A stretch of 64,000 bases of DNA from an uncultured Flavobacteriales bacterium (GCA_963706125.1 CAVPLQ010000003.1:471571-535570), one strand, 5' to 3'; counted from the first letter of the stretch, positions 28,919 to 39,201 are shown. Program-made: numbers and translations. The notes: generated by a model from the letters alone, not told the origin.

Positions 28919-30706
28919 TCACATCCGCTCGGGCACCTTGATGCCCAAGCACCACATCGCCTTCTTCACGGCCGTTCCCACCGCAGCACTGAGGGCCAAT
29001 CGGTAGTCCCGTTTCGCGGGATTCTCCTCCTTCAACACCGGCACCGTCTGGTAGAAGCTGTTGTACGTCTTCACCAGTTCGTAAGTATGATTGGCCAGCG
29101 AGGATGGATCGAGCCTTGTTGCCGCCTCGTTCAGCACCGCCGGGAACTGATGGAGCAGCTTGATCACTGCGCGTTCCTCTTGGAGCAGTTGATAGGTGTC
29201 GGTTGTCAGTTGTCCTGGAACACCTGTCGCCTTCCTCAGCAAACTCCGGATCCGTGCATAGGTATACTGGATGAACGGTCCCGTGTGCCCTTGCAGGTCA
29301 ATGCTCGCGGCCGGGTCGAAGAGCATGCGCTTTTTCGGATCCACCTTCAGGAGGTAGTATTTCAGCGCCGCGAGACCGATCATGCGGAACAGCTCTTTCT
29401 TTTCCTCCGCAGTGAATTCATCGAGCTTGCCCAGCTCCTCCGTGGCCTTGCCCGCGTCCGCGATCACTTCGGCAATGAGGTCATCGGCATCCACCACCGT
29501 GCCCTCCCGGCTCTTCATCCTTCCGGTAGGCAGGTCCACCATGCCATAGCTGAGGTGGTGCAGCTCATCCGCCCATGCGTACCCGAGCTTCTTCAGGATC
29601 AGGAAGAGCACCTTGAAGTGATAATCCTGTTCGTTACCCACGGTGTAGATCAAGCACTTCAGGTCCGGGAATTCCTCGAACCGGCGGATGGCCGTGCCCA
29701 CGTCCTGGGTCATATACACGCTGGTGCCATCACCGCGCAGCAGAAGTTTTTCATCCAACCCGTCCGGGGTGAGGTCCACCCAAACGGAGCCGTCCGGTTT
29801 GCGAAAGAAAATGCCCTTCTCGACACCGTCAAGCACGTCCTGTTTCCCCAGCAGATAGGTCTGGCTCTCGTAGTAGAGCTTGTCGAACTCCACGCCCATG
29901 GCGGTATATGTGGCATTGAAACCATCGTATACCCAGCCGTTCATCCGCTCCCACAGCGCACGCACTTCGGGATCGTTGGCTTCCCATTGGCGCAGCATTT
30001 TCTGCGCTTCCAGCATGATCGGCGCCTGCTTCTCCGCCTCGTCCTCCTTCTTTCCTGCAGCGATCTGCTCCGCCACTTCGGCTTTGAACGCTTTGTCGAA
30101 GGCCACATAATACTTGCCTACGAGCTTGTCGCCTTTGAGGCTCGTGCTTTCCGGTGTCTCGCCGTTGCCGAACTTCTGCCAAGCCACCATGCTCTTGCAG
30201 ATGTGGATGCCGCGGTCGTTGATGATCTGCACGCGCACCACCTCATTCCCTGCGGCTTCCAGGATCCGGCTCACGGAATGCCCGAGGAAGTTGTTCCGCA
30301 GGTGACCGAGGTGCAAAGGCTTGTTGGTGTTGGGGGAAGAGTATTCCACCATCACTTGGTCGCCGGTGGAAGCGAAATGCAAAATGTCCCTTTCTTCCGT
30401 TTCCCGCAAAAATCCATGCCAGTAGCGATCGGCGATCACGATATTGAGAAAACCCTTTACCACGTTGAAGCGCTCCACCACGTCCACATTGGCCTGCAGG
30501 TGCTCCCCGATGGTCGTAGCGGTCTGCTCAGGTCCCTTGCCAGAGATCTTCAGGAACGGGAAGACGTTGATGGTGACATCCCCTTCGAATTCAGGACGCG
30601 TGGCCTGAAAGGAGATGGTCACGGGATCCACCGCATGGTTGAAGAGATGCTGGAAGGCGGCCTGAAGCGCGGGCGCGAGCAGGGCTTGAAGGCGATCTTG
30701 GAACAT
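28919..30706 (-). CDS. argS: Arginine--tRNA ligase
   Basis: Start at MFQDRLQALL (the ORF-track entry extends 100 aa upstream). HIGH-class motif PNTNKPLHLGHLRN. C-terminal anticodon-binding domain. Confidence 0.93.
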   Translation of the reverse strand: MFQDRLQALLAPALQAAFQHLFNHAVDPVTISFQATRPEFEGDVTINVFPFLKISGKGPEQTATTIGEHLQANVDVVERFNVVKGFLNIVIADRYWHGFLRETEERDILHFASTGDQVMVEYSSPNTNKPLHLGHLRNNFLGHSVSRILEAAGNEVVRVQIINDRGIHICKSMVAWQKFGNGETPESTSLKGDKLVGKYYVAFDKAFKAEVAEQIAAGKKEDEAEKQAPIMLEAQKMLRQWEANDPEVRALWERMNGWVYDGFNATYTAMGVEFDKLYYESQTYLLGKQDVLDGVEKGIFFRKPDGSVWVDLTPDGLDEKLLLRGDGTSVYMTQDVGTAIRRFEEFPDLKCLIYTVGNEQDYHFKVLFLILKKLGYAWADELHHLSYGMVDLPTGRMKSREGTVVDADDLIAEVIADAGKATEELGKLDEFTAEEKKELFRMIGLAALKYYLLKVDPKKRMLFDPAASIDLQGHTGPFIQYTYARIRSLLRKATGVPGQLTTDTYQLLQEERAVIKLLHQFPAVLNEAATRLDPSSLANHTYELVKTYNSFYQTVPVLKEENPAKRDYRLALSAAVGTAVKKAMWCLGIKVPERM

Positions 30707-30728
30707 GGTGTACGGGGATCGGGTCGGG

Positions 30729-31673
30729 CTAGGAGCGCAAAGGAAGAAAGTTCTCCGCGAGCATGCAGCGGACGCTCCCACCGCCGATGGTCTCAATGGT
30801 GGGAATGGCCACGGACACAAGCTCCCCGTGCTTTGCCAATTGGCGGATCTGATCGGGCCGCAACGACCGGAAGGCCTGTTCCGAAAGGAAAATGAAGGTA
30901 CCCTTCCCGCTTCGCAGTTGCAGGATATTTCCCGCAAAGGCATGCATTTGGCCGAGGGTGATCTGGATGAGCTCTCTCCAGGACTTCGCCAGTTCTGCGG
31001 CAACACGATGCCGCTCGTTGACGTCAGGGAGGGCCTCCATGCCGATCAGTGCAAAACGCTCCCCGATGCTCATCAGAACATTGGTGTGGTAGATGGGCTG
31101 GCCTTCAGGGGTGCCGTCCATGGTGGCGGTGAAGGTGATGGGGGCATACTGCATCTCTCCGCACCATGCATCCAGCACCTGCTCCGATGTCCTAGGCGAA
31201 AGCGCAGCATAGGCCGCATGTGTTTTCCGGTCCAGCACCATGCTCCCGGTCCCTTCCAAGGCTTGGCCCTGCCCTTCCCAGCCGCTCAGGTCGAACGTTC
31301 CCTTGTTCTCAAATCCGAGACTGGCCAACGCGACACCCAGGTCCGGATCTCGTTCTGTCCGCCGGGACGCCGTGGCCATGGGATAGAGCACAATGCGTCC
31401 ATCCTCATCTGTGCTGAACCAATTGTTCGGAAAGACCGCGTCCGGTGCCGAAGGATCCTTCGGATCGAGCACTGTGACGCCGATGTCACACGCGGTCAAC
31501 GCCTTGATGAGCGCATCGAACTCCTGTTCCACCTTGTACTGCACGTCCGGTGCGGCAAGATCCTGTTGGAATCCATTGGTGGCCGCGGTTTCCTTGGAGT
31601 ACCGGAAGCCCACCGGCCTCACCAGGATCACGTTCCCAGCGACCTGGTCATGTGGTTTTACAGGAGCTGCCAC
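30729..31673 (-). CDS. Amidinotransferase-fold protein (citrulline utilisation hydrolase CtlX / dimethylarginine dimethylaminohydrolase-like)
   Basis: 314 aa. C-terminal catalytic Cys in GGGSVRCMLAE (typical amidinotransferase superfamily). Confidence 0.7.
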   Translation of the reverse strand: MAAPVKPHDQVAGNVILVRPVGFRYSKETAATNGFQQDLAAPDVQYKVEQEFDALIKALTACDIGVTVLDPKDPSAPDAVFPNNWFSTDEDGRIVLYPMATASRRTERDPDLGVALASLGFENKGTFDLSGWEGQGQALEGTGSMVLDRKTHAAYAALSPRTSEQVLDAWCGEMQYAPITFTATMDGTPEGQPIYHTNVLMSIGERFALIGMEALPDVNERHRVAAELAKSWRELIQITLGQMHAFAGNILQLRSGKGTFIFLSEQAFRSLRPDQIRQLAKHGELVSVAIPTIETIGGGSVRCMLAENFLPLRS

Positions 31674-31684
31674 GAGGTTTCCGA

Positions 31685-32626
31685 TCAGCGGGCACGCAGG
31701 ATGGGGAACAGCGGCTCCATGACGGTGAGCACGTTCTCGGCCATGGAGTTCTTGGTATCCAGCGCGGGGTTGATCTCCACCACGTCCAAGGTGACGGTTT
31801 TGGGATCTGAGCAGAATCCGGTCAGCAGCTCACGTGCCTCGTCGAGGAAAAGGCCGTCCGGCACGGGGGTCCCGGTTCCTACGGAGATAGTGGGATCCAA
31901 ACTGTCCACATCGAAGCTCACATGGACCTTATCGCAGGCACTGAGGTGCGCCAATGTTTCCGCCACCACCGCCTTAGCTCCTTTTTCGCGTAGGTCTTTC
32001 ACGGTGATCACCTTGATATTGTGCTCCTCGATGATGGCCCTTTCCTCCTCCTCATAGTCCCGAAGCCCGATGAAGACGAGGTCCGCAGGGAGCACTTTGG
32101 GGCCGCTGGATCCGATCTTCCGGAGCCGGTCCCACACGTCGAGGGTGAACATCTTAGGCCGGTTCTGGCCCTTCATTTCGATGTTCATCAGCAGTGACAA
32201 AGGCATGCCATGGACGTTTCCGCTGGGCGTGGTCCAAGGGCTGTGGAGGTCGGCATGGGCATCGATCCACACCACTCCGATGCGCTCGTTCGGGAAGGCC
32301 ATCTTGGTGCCGGACACGGAACCGATAGCGATCGAATGATCACCTCCGATGACAATAGGGAATATGTTGTTTCTCAGGAATTTATATACTTCATATGCAA
32401 GATCTGATTCAAAGCGGATCAGACCATCGATATGGTGTGCGTTCGGGGATTCCTTGTCGTCCTCGTAGAGCACATCGTTCTCGTCGCGAAGGATGCTTTC
32501 CTCGGCGTGGCCGAAGAGTTCGCTGCCCTTTTTCCAAGCGGCCACGCGCAGGGCGCTCATGCCCATGCTGGTCCCCCTGGTCCCCGCCCCGATCTCCGAG
32601 GCGGCTTCGATCAATCGAACGTCCAT
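31685..32626 (-). CDS. Arginase-family ureohydrolase
   Basis: GGDHSIAIG, DAHADL and SFDVDSLDP Mn-binding motifs of the arginase/agmatinase family. Confidence 0.85.
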   Translation of the reverse strand: MDVRLIEAASEIGAGTRGTSMGMSALRVAAWKKGSELFGHAEESILRDENDVLYEDDKESPNAHHIDGLIRFESDLAYEVYKFLRNNIFPIVIGGDHSIAIGSVSGTKMAFPNERIGVVWIDAHADLHSPWTTPSGNVHGMPLSLLMNIEMKGQNRPKMFTLDVWDRLRKIGSSGPKVLPADLVFIGLRDYEEEERAIIEEHNIKVITVKDLREKGAKAVVAETLAHLSACDKVHVSFDVDSLDPTISVGTGTPVPDGLFLDEARELLTGFCSDPKTVTLDVVEINPALDTKNSMAENVLTVMEPLFPILRAR

Positions 32627-32711
32627 ATGGTGAATTTCAGAAGTGTTTCAAAGGTAAGGTCGGGTGGTGGGGTGAAGTTCGCACAGGGTACTGGGTATCG
32701 AGTACCAAACA

Positions 32712-33899
32712 CTAACCTTCGGCAGCCTCTTCAGGGGGCAAATGTGGAAGCACCGAACGCAACCAAAAGTATCCGATGCTACCCGCCACCAGTGAAGAGA
32801 GCAGGATGGTGGTTTTTGACATAAGGATGTGCTCCGGATCGGTGAAGGCGAGCGTGGCGATAAAAATGCTCATCGTGAAACCGATACCAGCCAAGGATGC
32901 CGCTCCAAGCAGCTTTTTCCAGGTGATGCCCTTCGGAAGGGTGCATACGCCCACCCCCACCGCGACCGCGCAAAACAGGCCGATACCCAAGGGCTTGCCC
33001 ACCACCAAGCCAAGGAAAATGCCGTAACTGTTCAGCGTGAGCAAATGGCCGTACCAATCCGAGCCGAGCACGATGCAGGTGTTGGCGAGTGCGAACAGTG
33101 GCATGATGATGAAGGCCACGGGCTTGTGCAGAAAATGCTGGAGCTTCCAGGAAATAGTATGGGGCTTGCCATCGCCGAACGGGATCGCGAATGCCACCAA
33201 CACGCCGGTAACGGTGGCATGCACGCCGGAATTCAGCATGAGCCACCACATGACGGCGCCCAGTACGAGGTAGGGCGTGAGATGGAACACGCGCAGGCGG
33301 TTGAGCACCAACAGGATGGCCCAAACACCAAAGGCACCGCCGAGGTAAGCCCATTCGATGCCGCCTGAGTAGAAGACGGCGATGGTGAGAATGGCACCCA
33401 GATCGTCGATCACTGCCAGCGCGGTGAGGAACACTTTCAGCGCAAGTGGCACGCGGTCGCCCAGCAACGAAAGGATGCCGATGGCAAAGGCAATGTCCGT
33501 GGCCATGGGGATGCCGGCCCCGGCCTGTGTAGGCGTTCCGTGGTTAAAAAGCAGGTGAATTCCTGCTGGAACAAGCATACCACCCAATGCCGCAATAATG
33601 GGCAACAGCGCTTGCTTGAAATTGGAGAGTTCACCGATGTAGACCTCGCGCTCCAATTCCAGGCCGATCATCAGGAAGAAGATCGCCATCAGACCATCGT
33701 TGATCCAATACTCCACCGAGCCGTTCAGGAACTTCTGGTGCCAAAAGTCCATATAATCGTGGCCAACGGGCGAGTTGGTGAGCCAGAGCGAAATGGCCGT
33801 ACAGATCACCAGCAAGAGGCCCGCCGTCCGCTCATTCTCGAGCAGGTCCAGGAAGAGGTTGACCGGCTTCATCAACACCGGTTTCTTGGCTTTGGTCAT
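32712..33899 (-). CDS. nhaA: Na+/H+ antiporter NhaA
   Basis: 395 aa, 11-12 TM. NhaA motifs AIPMATDIAFA and ALAVIDDLGAI. Confidence 0.92.
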   Translation of the reverse strand: MTKAKKPVLMKPVNLFLDLLENERTAGLLLVICTAISLWLTNSPVGHDYMDFWHQKFLNGSVEYWINDGLMAIFFLMIGLELEREVYIGELSNFKQALLPIIAALGGMLVPAGIHLLFNHGTPTQAGAGIPMATDIAFAIGILSLLGDRVPLALKVFLTALAVIDDLGAILTIAVFYSGGIEWAYLGGAFGVWAILLVLNRLRVFHLTPYLVLGAVMWWLMLNSGVHATVTGVLVAFAIPFGDGKPHTISWKLQHFLHKPVAFIIMPLFALANTCIVLGSDWYGHLLTLNSYGIFLGLVVGKPLGIGLFCAVAVGVGVCTLPKGITWKKLLGAASLAGIGFTMSIFIATLAFTDPEHILMSKTTILLSSLVAGSIGYFWLRSVLPHLPPEEAAEG

Positions 33900-33945
33900 T
33901 GGGGGCGCAAGTTTACGACCTGCTCCGGCCTACTACCTTGGCCGC

Positions 33946-34938
33946 ATGTCCGAAAAGATCGGAAATATCCGGTTGCAGGCGTGGGTGCTGGTGGCCGGTG
34001 TAGTGTTGATGGCCGTGAAATTCATCGCTTGGCGGATCACGCACAGCAACACGGTGCTGAGCGATGCCATGGAAAGCATCGTGAACGTGGCCGCAGGTTC
34101 CTTCGCGCTGTACAGCCTGATATTGGCGGCCAAACCCCGCGACAGGGAGCATCCGTACGGCCATGGCAAGGTGGAATTCATCAGCGCGGCGATCGAGGGG
34201 ACCTTGGTGGCCGTTGCCGGCACGATCATCATCTATCGCGCCACGGTAGCGCTGTTCCAAGGGGTAGAGATCCATCACCTGGGTCCCGGCACGGCGCTGA
34301 TCGCCTTCGCGGGCCTGGCCAACTTGGCGCTGGGCTTCGTGCTTCGCAAAAGAGGAAGGCGGACACATTCATTGACCATGGAGGCCGGCGGCACGCACCT
34401 GCTGTCCGATGCATGGAGCAGCGCGGCCTTGGTACTGGGCCTCTTGGTCATTCAAGCTACGGGGCTGAACTGGTTGGACAGCCTGTTCGCGGTCGGCTTC
34501 GCAGCCTTCATCATCCGGCAGGGCGTGCGGGTGGTGCGGCGCAGCATTGGCGGCATCATGGACGAGACCGACATGGTGGTGGCCTCGGTCCTGGTGGGGA
34601 TCATCGAAAGGAACCGCCGCCCCGCCTGGATCGACGTGCACAACTTTCGCGTGATCAACTTCGGCAGCACCCTGCACATCGATTGCCACGTCACCCTGCC
34701 CTACTACTATTCCTTGGAAAAGGCCCATTTGGAAATCTCCGAGCTGGACGCGCTGGTGAACTGGCGCTCGGGACGTGAGGTGGAGTTCTTCATCCACATG
34801 GACCCCTGCATCCCAACATCCTGCCCGGTTTGCCAGGTCATGGATTGCCCGGTACGCCAGGCCCCGTTCGCAAAGCGCATCCCGTGGACCTTGACCACGG
34901 TGCTGGAAAATGCGAAGCACGGTGCGGAAGGGCTCTGA
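33946..34938 (+). CDS. Cation diffusion facilitator family metal efflux transporter with a Cys-rich C-terminal tail
   Basis: Six TM then a cytoplasmic domain. HPYGHGK and HLLSDAW CDF motifs. CPVCQVMDCP tail. In-frame ATG at 33946. Confidence 0.88.
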   Translation: MSEKIGNIRLQAWVLVAGVVLMAVKFIAWRITHSNTVLSDAMESIVNVAAGSFALYSLILAAKPRDREHPYGHGKVEFISAAIEGTLVAVAGTIIIYRATVALFQGVEIHHLGPGTALIAFAGLANLALGFVLRKRGRRTHSLTMEAGGTHLLSDAWSSAALVLGLLVIQATGLNWLDSLFAVGFAAFIIRQGVRVVRRSIGGIMDETDMVVASVLVGIIERNRRPAWIDVHNFRVINFGSTLHIDCHVTLPYYYSLEKAHLEISELDALVNWRSGREVEFFIHMDPCIPTSCPVCQVMDCPVRQAPFAKRIPWTLTTVLENAKHGAEGL

Positions 34939-34960
34939 GCCGCTGTCGCGGCTTGTCTTC

Positions 34961-35010
34961 CACCCCAAATGCAAAAACCCCTTTCGGGGCTTTGCATTCG
35001 GGGTGGAAGA
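34961..35010. terminator. Imperfect 24-bp palindrome / bidirectional terminator whose right arm is the 3' acceptor end of tRNA-His
   Basis: cttccaccccaaatgcaaaaacccc tttc ggggctttgcattcggggtggaag. Inner stem aaaaacccc/ggggcttt followed by T-runs on both strands. Confidence 0.6.
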
Positions 35011-35076
35011 CCGGGCTTGAACCGGCGACCTCCGGAATCACAATCCGGCGCTCTAACCAACTGAGCTACATCCACC
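35002..35076 (-). tRNA. tRNA-His (anticodon GTG) with encoded G-1
   Basis: Reverse complement reads g-gtggatg ta gctc agttggtta gagc g ccgga ttGTGat tccgg aggtc gccgg ttcaagc ccggt cttccac c: cloverleaf with GTG anticodon and extra 5' G pairing with C73. CCA not encoded. One T:T mismatch in the acceptor stem. Confidence 0.9.
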
Positions 35077-35149
35077 ATTTCCGCCGGGCGATGGGCCAAA
35101 CGGGCCGCAAATATAATCCGAGCCGCGCCACCGCGTTACTTTGCCATGC

Positions 35150-36304
35150 ATGCACGTCCTCGTCCTGCCCAAATGGTACCCGGGCCGCCCCGATCCGCAA
35201 TTGGGCGACTTCATCCGGAAACAGATGCTGGCCGTGGCCGAACGGCATAAGGTGAGCGTGATCTACCCCTGCCCGGTGAAAGACTTGCCAAACGCCTACG
35301 AAGAAGTGCTGGATGAAAGTGCCGGAGCGTGGGAGCTGCGCTGCTACTACCGGCCCAGTACGATGAACGCCGCCCCATTGCGCAAAGCGGTGAACTTCTT
35401 TCTGTACCGCCGCACCGTCCGGAGCGGGATCGACCGGTTGATCCGCGAACGCAGCAGGCCCGACCTGGTCCATGCCCATATCCTCACCCGCCCGGTCTGG
35501 ATGGCGTGGCGGCTCAGCCGGAAATGGGGCGTACCCTTTGTCGCGAGCGAGCAGAGCAGCGTCCACTTGGACGGCACATGGCAGCGGAAAAGCCCCGTGG
35601 CAAGGGCGATCGACCGCTTTCTCTTCAAGCAGGCCGCAGCGCTGACCGCTGTAAGCCCGCACTTGGCCACGGCATTGACCAAAGCAGGCCTGGGAAAGGT
35701 CCATGCGGTGGTGCCGAACGTGGTCCCGGGCATGGACCGCGACCTTCCGCCGCGCGGGCCTTCCGGGCAGTTCATGATGGTGGCCGACCTGGTGGACCGC
35801 ACGAAGAACATCAGCGGGGTACTTCGCGCACTGGCGACGGCACGCGCCCAAGGCCACGACTTCAAACTGGAGATCATCGGCGACGGGCCGGACCGAAAGA
35901 TGCTGCATGCCTTGGCGGAACAGCTCGGACTGAAAGCACATGTCCGGTGGCATGGAAGGCTGGCGCACGCTGAGGTGCTTCCCGCCATGGCCTCCACCGG
36001 CACGGTGATCATCAACAGCAATTTCGAGACCTTCAGCGTGGTGACGGGAGAGGCGCTGGCTTCGGGAAAGCCGGTGATCGCGACCCGCTGCGGCGGTCCG
36101 GAGGCCTTCATCACTGCGCAGAACGGCATGCTGATCCCGGTTGCGCAGGATGACGCGCTCACGCAGGCCATGATCCGCATGGCGAACGACCATGCGAACT
36201 ACTCACCCGCCACCGTGCGTGAAAGTGTGAGCCATCGCTTCAGCCCGAAGGCGGTCGCGGATGGTTTTGATGCGGTTTATCAAGAAGCCCTTGCCCATGG
36301 CTGA
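35150..36304 (+). CDS. Glycosyltransferase family 4 (GT-B, RfaG-like)
   Basis: GT4 C-terminal motif region (EGFGIPLVEAMA-like: ETFSVVTGEALASGKPVIATRCGGPEAF). 8-nt overlap with the next gene. Confidence 0.8.
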   Translation: MHVLVLPKWYPGRPDPQLGDFIRKQMLAVAERHKVSVIYPCPVKDLPNAYEEVLDESAGAWELRCYYRPSTMNAAPLRKAVNFFLYRRTVRSGIDRLIRERSRPDLVHAHILTRPVWMAWRLSRKWGVPFVASEQSSVHLDGTWQRKSPVARAIDRFLFKQAAALTAVSPHLATALTKAGLGKVHAVVPNVVPGMDRDLPPRGPSGQFMMVADLVDRTKNISGVLRALATARAQGHDFKLEIIGDGPDRKMLHALAEQLGLKAHVRWHGRLAHAEVLPAMASTGTVIINSNFETFSVVTGEALASGKPVIATRCGGPEAFITAQNGMLIPVAQDDALTQAMIRMANDHANYSPATVRESVSHRFSPKAVADGFDAVYQEALAHG

Positions 36305-37938
36305 ACACGGATTGCGCGTCGGCATCATCGGGGAGGTGGAAAAGCTGCGGCATTGGCAGGTGCAGTGCATGCAGGCGCTTGTGGAATTGCCCGGAATTGA
36401 GCTCGTTTTCTTCGCCGAAAGCGCTGATCCCCGGCATGGGGAAAAGACTTCCATCCTGTACCGCCGTTGGTCCGGAAGACGCTCAGCCGCAAAGGCATTG
36501 GGGGTTGCGGGATTCTCCCGGCCTCTTGAACGGAATTCCCCGCATCCCGTTCGGGGGCGGCCCTTCCGCCGCGGAACTTGAAAAACTGCGAGGCTTTCAC
36601 CCGGATGTGCTCTTGCAATTTTCTTCCACTGAGCTTTCGGAAAGCCTCCACGAACTCCCGCGGTTCGGGGTGTGGCGGTTCATCCATGGTGAACGGCTTT
36701 CCGGTGCCGATGAGATACCCGGCCTACGCGAGACACTGAACGGCGACCCCGTTGTCTCGGCCTCTCTCCAACGCTCGCCCAACGGCCATGGGAACGGGTC
36801 TGTACTACGCAGTGGCTGCTTCGGGACGGGCGGCCGTTCCGTGGACGAGATCGCGGAGACCGTGCTTCAATGCTGTGCGGAGTGGCCGGCCCAGGTCTGC
36901 CGAGCGCTTATCTCCGGCGATCCGGAAGCCGCGATCGGCACCGATGGAGGCCCGTTGGCCCCGTCTGCCCCTTCTCCCAGCAATGTGGAAATGCTTCAGC
37001 TGTTGTGGAAGCAGCTTGTCGGCGGAAAACGGTCCGCCGGGGCATCCGGGCCGGAGGAATGGAACTTCGGCGTGCTTCCGCAACCCATTGCGTCACTGCT
37101 GGAGGACAGGCCGAGCCTGAACGTGCGATGGCTGCCGCCCCCGGGCAACGGCCGATGCCGATCGACACCCTTTGGGATCATCGCGGACGGCAATTTGAGC
37201 ACGCTCTACGAGAAGCATGATCACGAGCAGGGGAAGTCCGTGATCGGACGGTTGCGCCCCAAGCGGGACAACAACCTCAAGCGCTCCCGCGATCTGCTGA
37301 CCGGAGGTGGCCGCCTCTCCTATCCGTTCATCCTGGAGCATGAAGGCGCGGTATATGTGGTCCCGGAGAACGGCAGCGGAGGGCAGGTCGTTCTTTACAG
37401 TTTGAATGAGGATCAGACGGCCTTGACGCCGGTCCGGACGTTGCTGGATGAAACACTGTGCTCCCCCACCCTTTTCCGCCATGACGGGCGGTGGTGGCTG
37501 TTCGGCACGAATGCGCCATTGGAGAACACGTCGCTCTACGCCTACCATGCCGAGCACGTTGAAGGGCCGTACACGCCCCATGCCCTGAACCCGATCAAGA
37601 CGGACATCCGCTCGGCACGCCCCGGCGGAACCCCTTTCCGGCGTGGCGAGGAACTGTGGCGCCCTGCCCAGGACCACAGCGTGGCCGGAGCGGTGCGGAT
37701 CGCGTTCAACCGCGTCACGCACCTCACCCCCACAGGCTTCGCCGAGGAGACCGTCCGCTACTTCGAGCCGCTGAAAGCCCCGTGGTCCAAAGGGATCCGG
37801 ACCCTCAGCGCGGTCGGCGACATCACGCTGGTGGACGGGATGCGGTACACCACGGGTAAAAGTGACCGCAAAAAGGACCATAAGCGCGCCGCGCAGAAAA
37901 GCCGCGAGAGCGAACACGATGACCTCAACGAGCTGTAA
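36297..37938 (+). CDS. Formyltransferase-like N-terminal domain fused to a GH43-like beta-propeller (bacterial GINT-type protein); interrupted by a +1 frame shift at a G5 run (36502-36506)
   Basis: ATG 36297 (MAEHGLRVGIIG...) in frame 0 stops at 36581. Frame +1 continues with LLNGIPRIPFGGGPSAAELEKLRGFHPDVLLQF (formyltransferase-like) then LSYPFILEHEGAVYVVPENGSGG...WWLFGT (propeller) to 37938. Removing one G from the G5 run gives a continuous ORF. Confidence 0.55.
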
Positions 37939-37941
37939 GCC

Positions 37942-39201
37942 ATGCTGAAGGTCATCACGGGCACCATCGTGGCGCGCATCTTCACCACGGCGATGGGCTT
38001 GCTGATCTCCGTGATCGCGGGGCACCGGCTGGGCTTGGAAGGCTTGGGCACCATCGGCTTGATCGTGCTCGGCATCACCTTGGTCCGCTTGGGCATGGAC
38101 CTCGTGGGCGGCAGCGCCTTGGTGTACCTGGTACCGCGTGTGGCTTTGGGACGCCTGCTGCGGCCGGGCTATTTGTGGGCGGTATTTGCTGCTGGCGCGG
38201 GTTATGGTATTGTGCGCGTGTTCAAGCTGGTGCCGGAAGGCTATGCCGGTCATGTGGCGGTGTTGGCCTTCCTGCAAGGGATCCATGCGATCCACCTCAG
38301 CGTACTCATCGGGCAGCAGCGCATCCGGGCGAACAACATCATTGCTGTGGTGCAGGCCGTGGTGCTGGTGGCGGCTTTCGGTGTGTTGACCCAAGCCGCG
38401 GGCGTCGATGCCCATGCGTTCATCATGGCATCCTACATCTCCATCGCCGTCGCCTTGGTGCTCAGTGTGTTTTCCATGCGCAAGCATGTGAAGCCGCACG
38501 CGGAAGCACCGACGAACGTGATCCGGCTGCTTCTCCGGCAAGGCGCCTTCGTGCAAGTGGCGAACGGCATGCAGCTGATGAACTACCGCCTGGCTTACTG
38601 GCTGATCGAGAAATTCCAGAACACCGCCGCACTGGGGATCTACACCGTGGCCAACCAGCTGGCCGAGGGGGCTTGGTTAGTGCCGAAGAGCTTGGCGCTG
38701 GTGCTGTACAGCAAGATCAGCAACACGGAAGGAATGGAAGGACAACGGCTGTTGACGCTCACCTTCCTCAAGACCTCCATGGCCTTTGCCACCGCCGTTG
38801 TCGCGGTGCTGGTGCTCCTTCCGTCATCCGTGTTCCAATGGGTCTTTGGTCCGGAAGTAGTGGGCATTACCCCGTTGATCGCCCTGCTGGTCCCGGGGAT
38901 CCTCAGCATGGCGGCCTCGCAGGCGTACAGCCATTTCTTCAGCGGCACGGCGAGGAACATCCACAACGTGATCGGCTCCGGACTGGGACTCGTGGCAACG
39001 GTCGCGGCAGGGCTGACATTGATCCCGGCCTTTGGGCTGGAAGGAGCGGCCATAACCGCCACGCTCGCCTATGGGATCAACACCTTGTACCAGACCGTCG
39101 CCTTCATGCGCATCACGGGTTCCTCCTTCACGGACCTGTGGCCGAATGCTGCGGATGGCCGCAGGCTTCGGAAGCTTTTCTTCGATAGAGTATGGCACTG
39201 A
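37942..39201 (+). CDS. Polysaccharide biosynthesis protein / oligosaccharide flippase (MOP superfamily, Wzx-like)
   Basis: 419 aa, about 12 TM helices, 4 nt after the previous gene. Typical flippase hydropathy. Confidence 0.75.
   Translation: MLKVITGTIVARIFTTAMGLLISVIAGHRLGLEGLGTIGLIVLGITLVRLGMDLVGGSALVYLVPRVALGRLLRPGYLWAVFAAGAGYGIVRVFKLVPEGYAGHVAVLAFLQGIHAIHLSVLIGQQRIRANNIIAVVQAVVLVAAFGVLTQAAGVDAHAFIMASYISIAVALVLSVFSMRKHVKPHAEAPTNVIRLLLRQGAFVQVANGMQLMNYRLAYWLIEKFQNTAALGIYTVANQLAEGAWLVPKSLALVLYSKISNTEGMEGQRLLTLTFLKTSMAFATAVVAVLVLLPSSVFQWVFGPEVVGITPLIALLVPGILSMAASQAYSHFFSGTARNIHNVIGSGLGLVATVAAGLTLIPAFGLEGAAITATLAYGINTLYQTVAFMRITGSSFTDLWPNAADGRRLRKLFFDRVWH

Noticed and set aside
32700-35100. 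Genomic island integrated at tRNA-His.
   Set aside because: The flanking genes are core functions (nhaA, arginase, CDF transporter, glycosyltransferases). There is no integrase and no direct repeat of the tRNA 3' end within the window. The inverted copy next to the tRNA fits a terminator.
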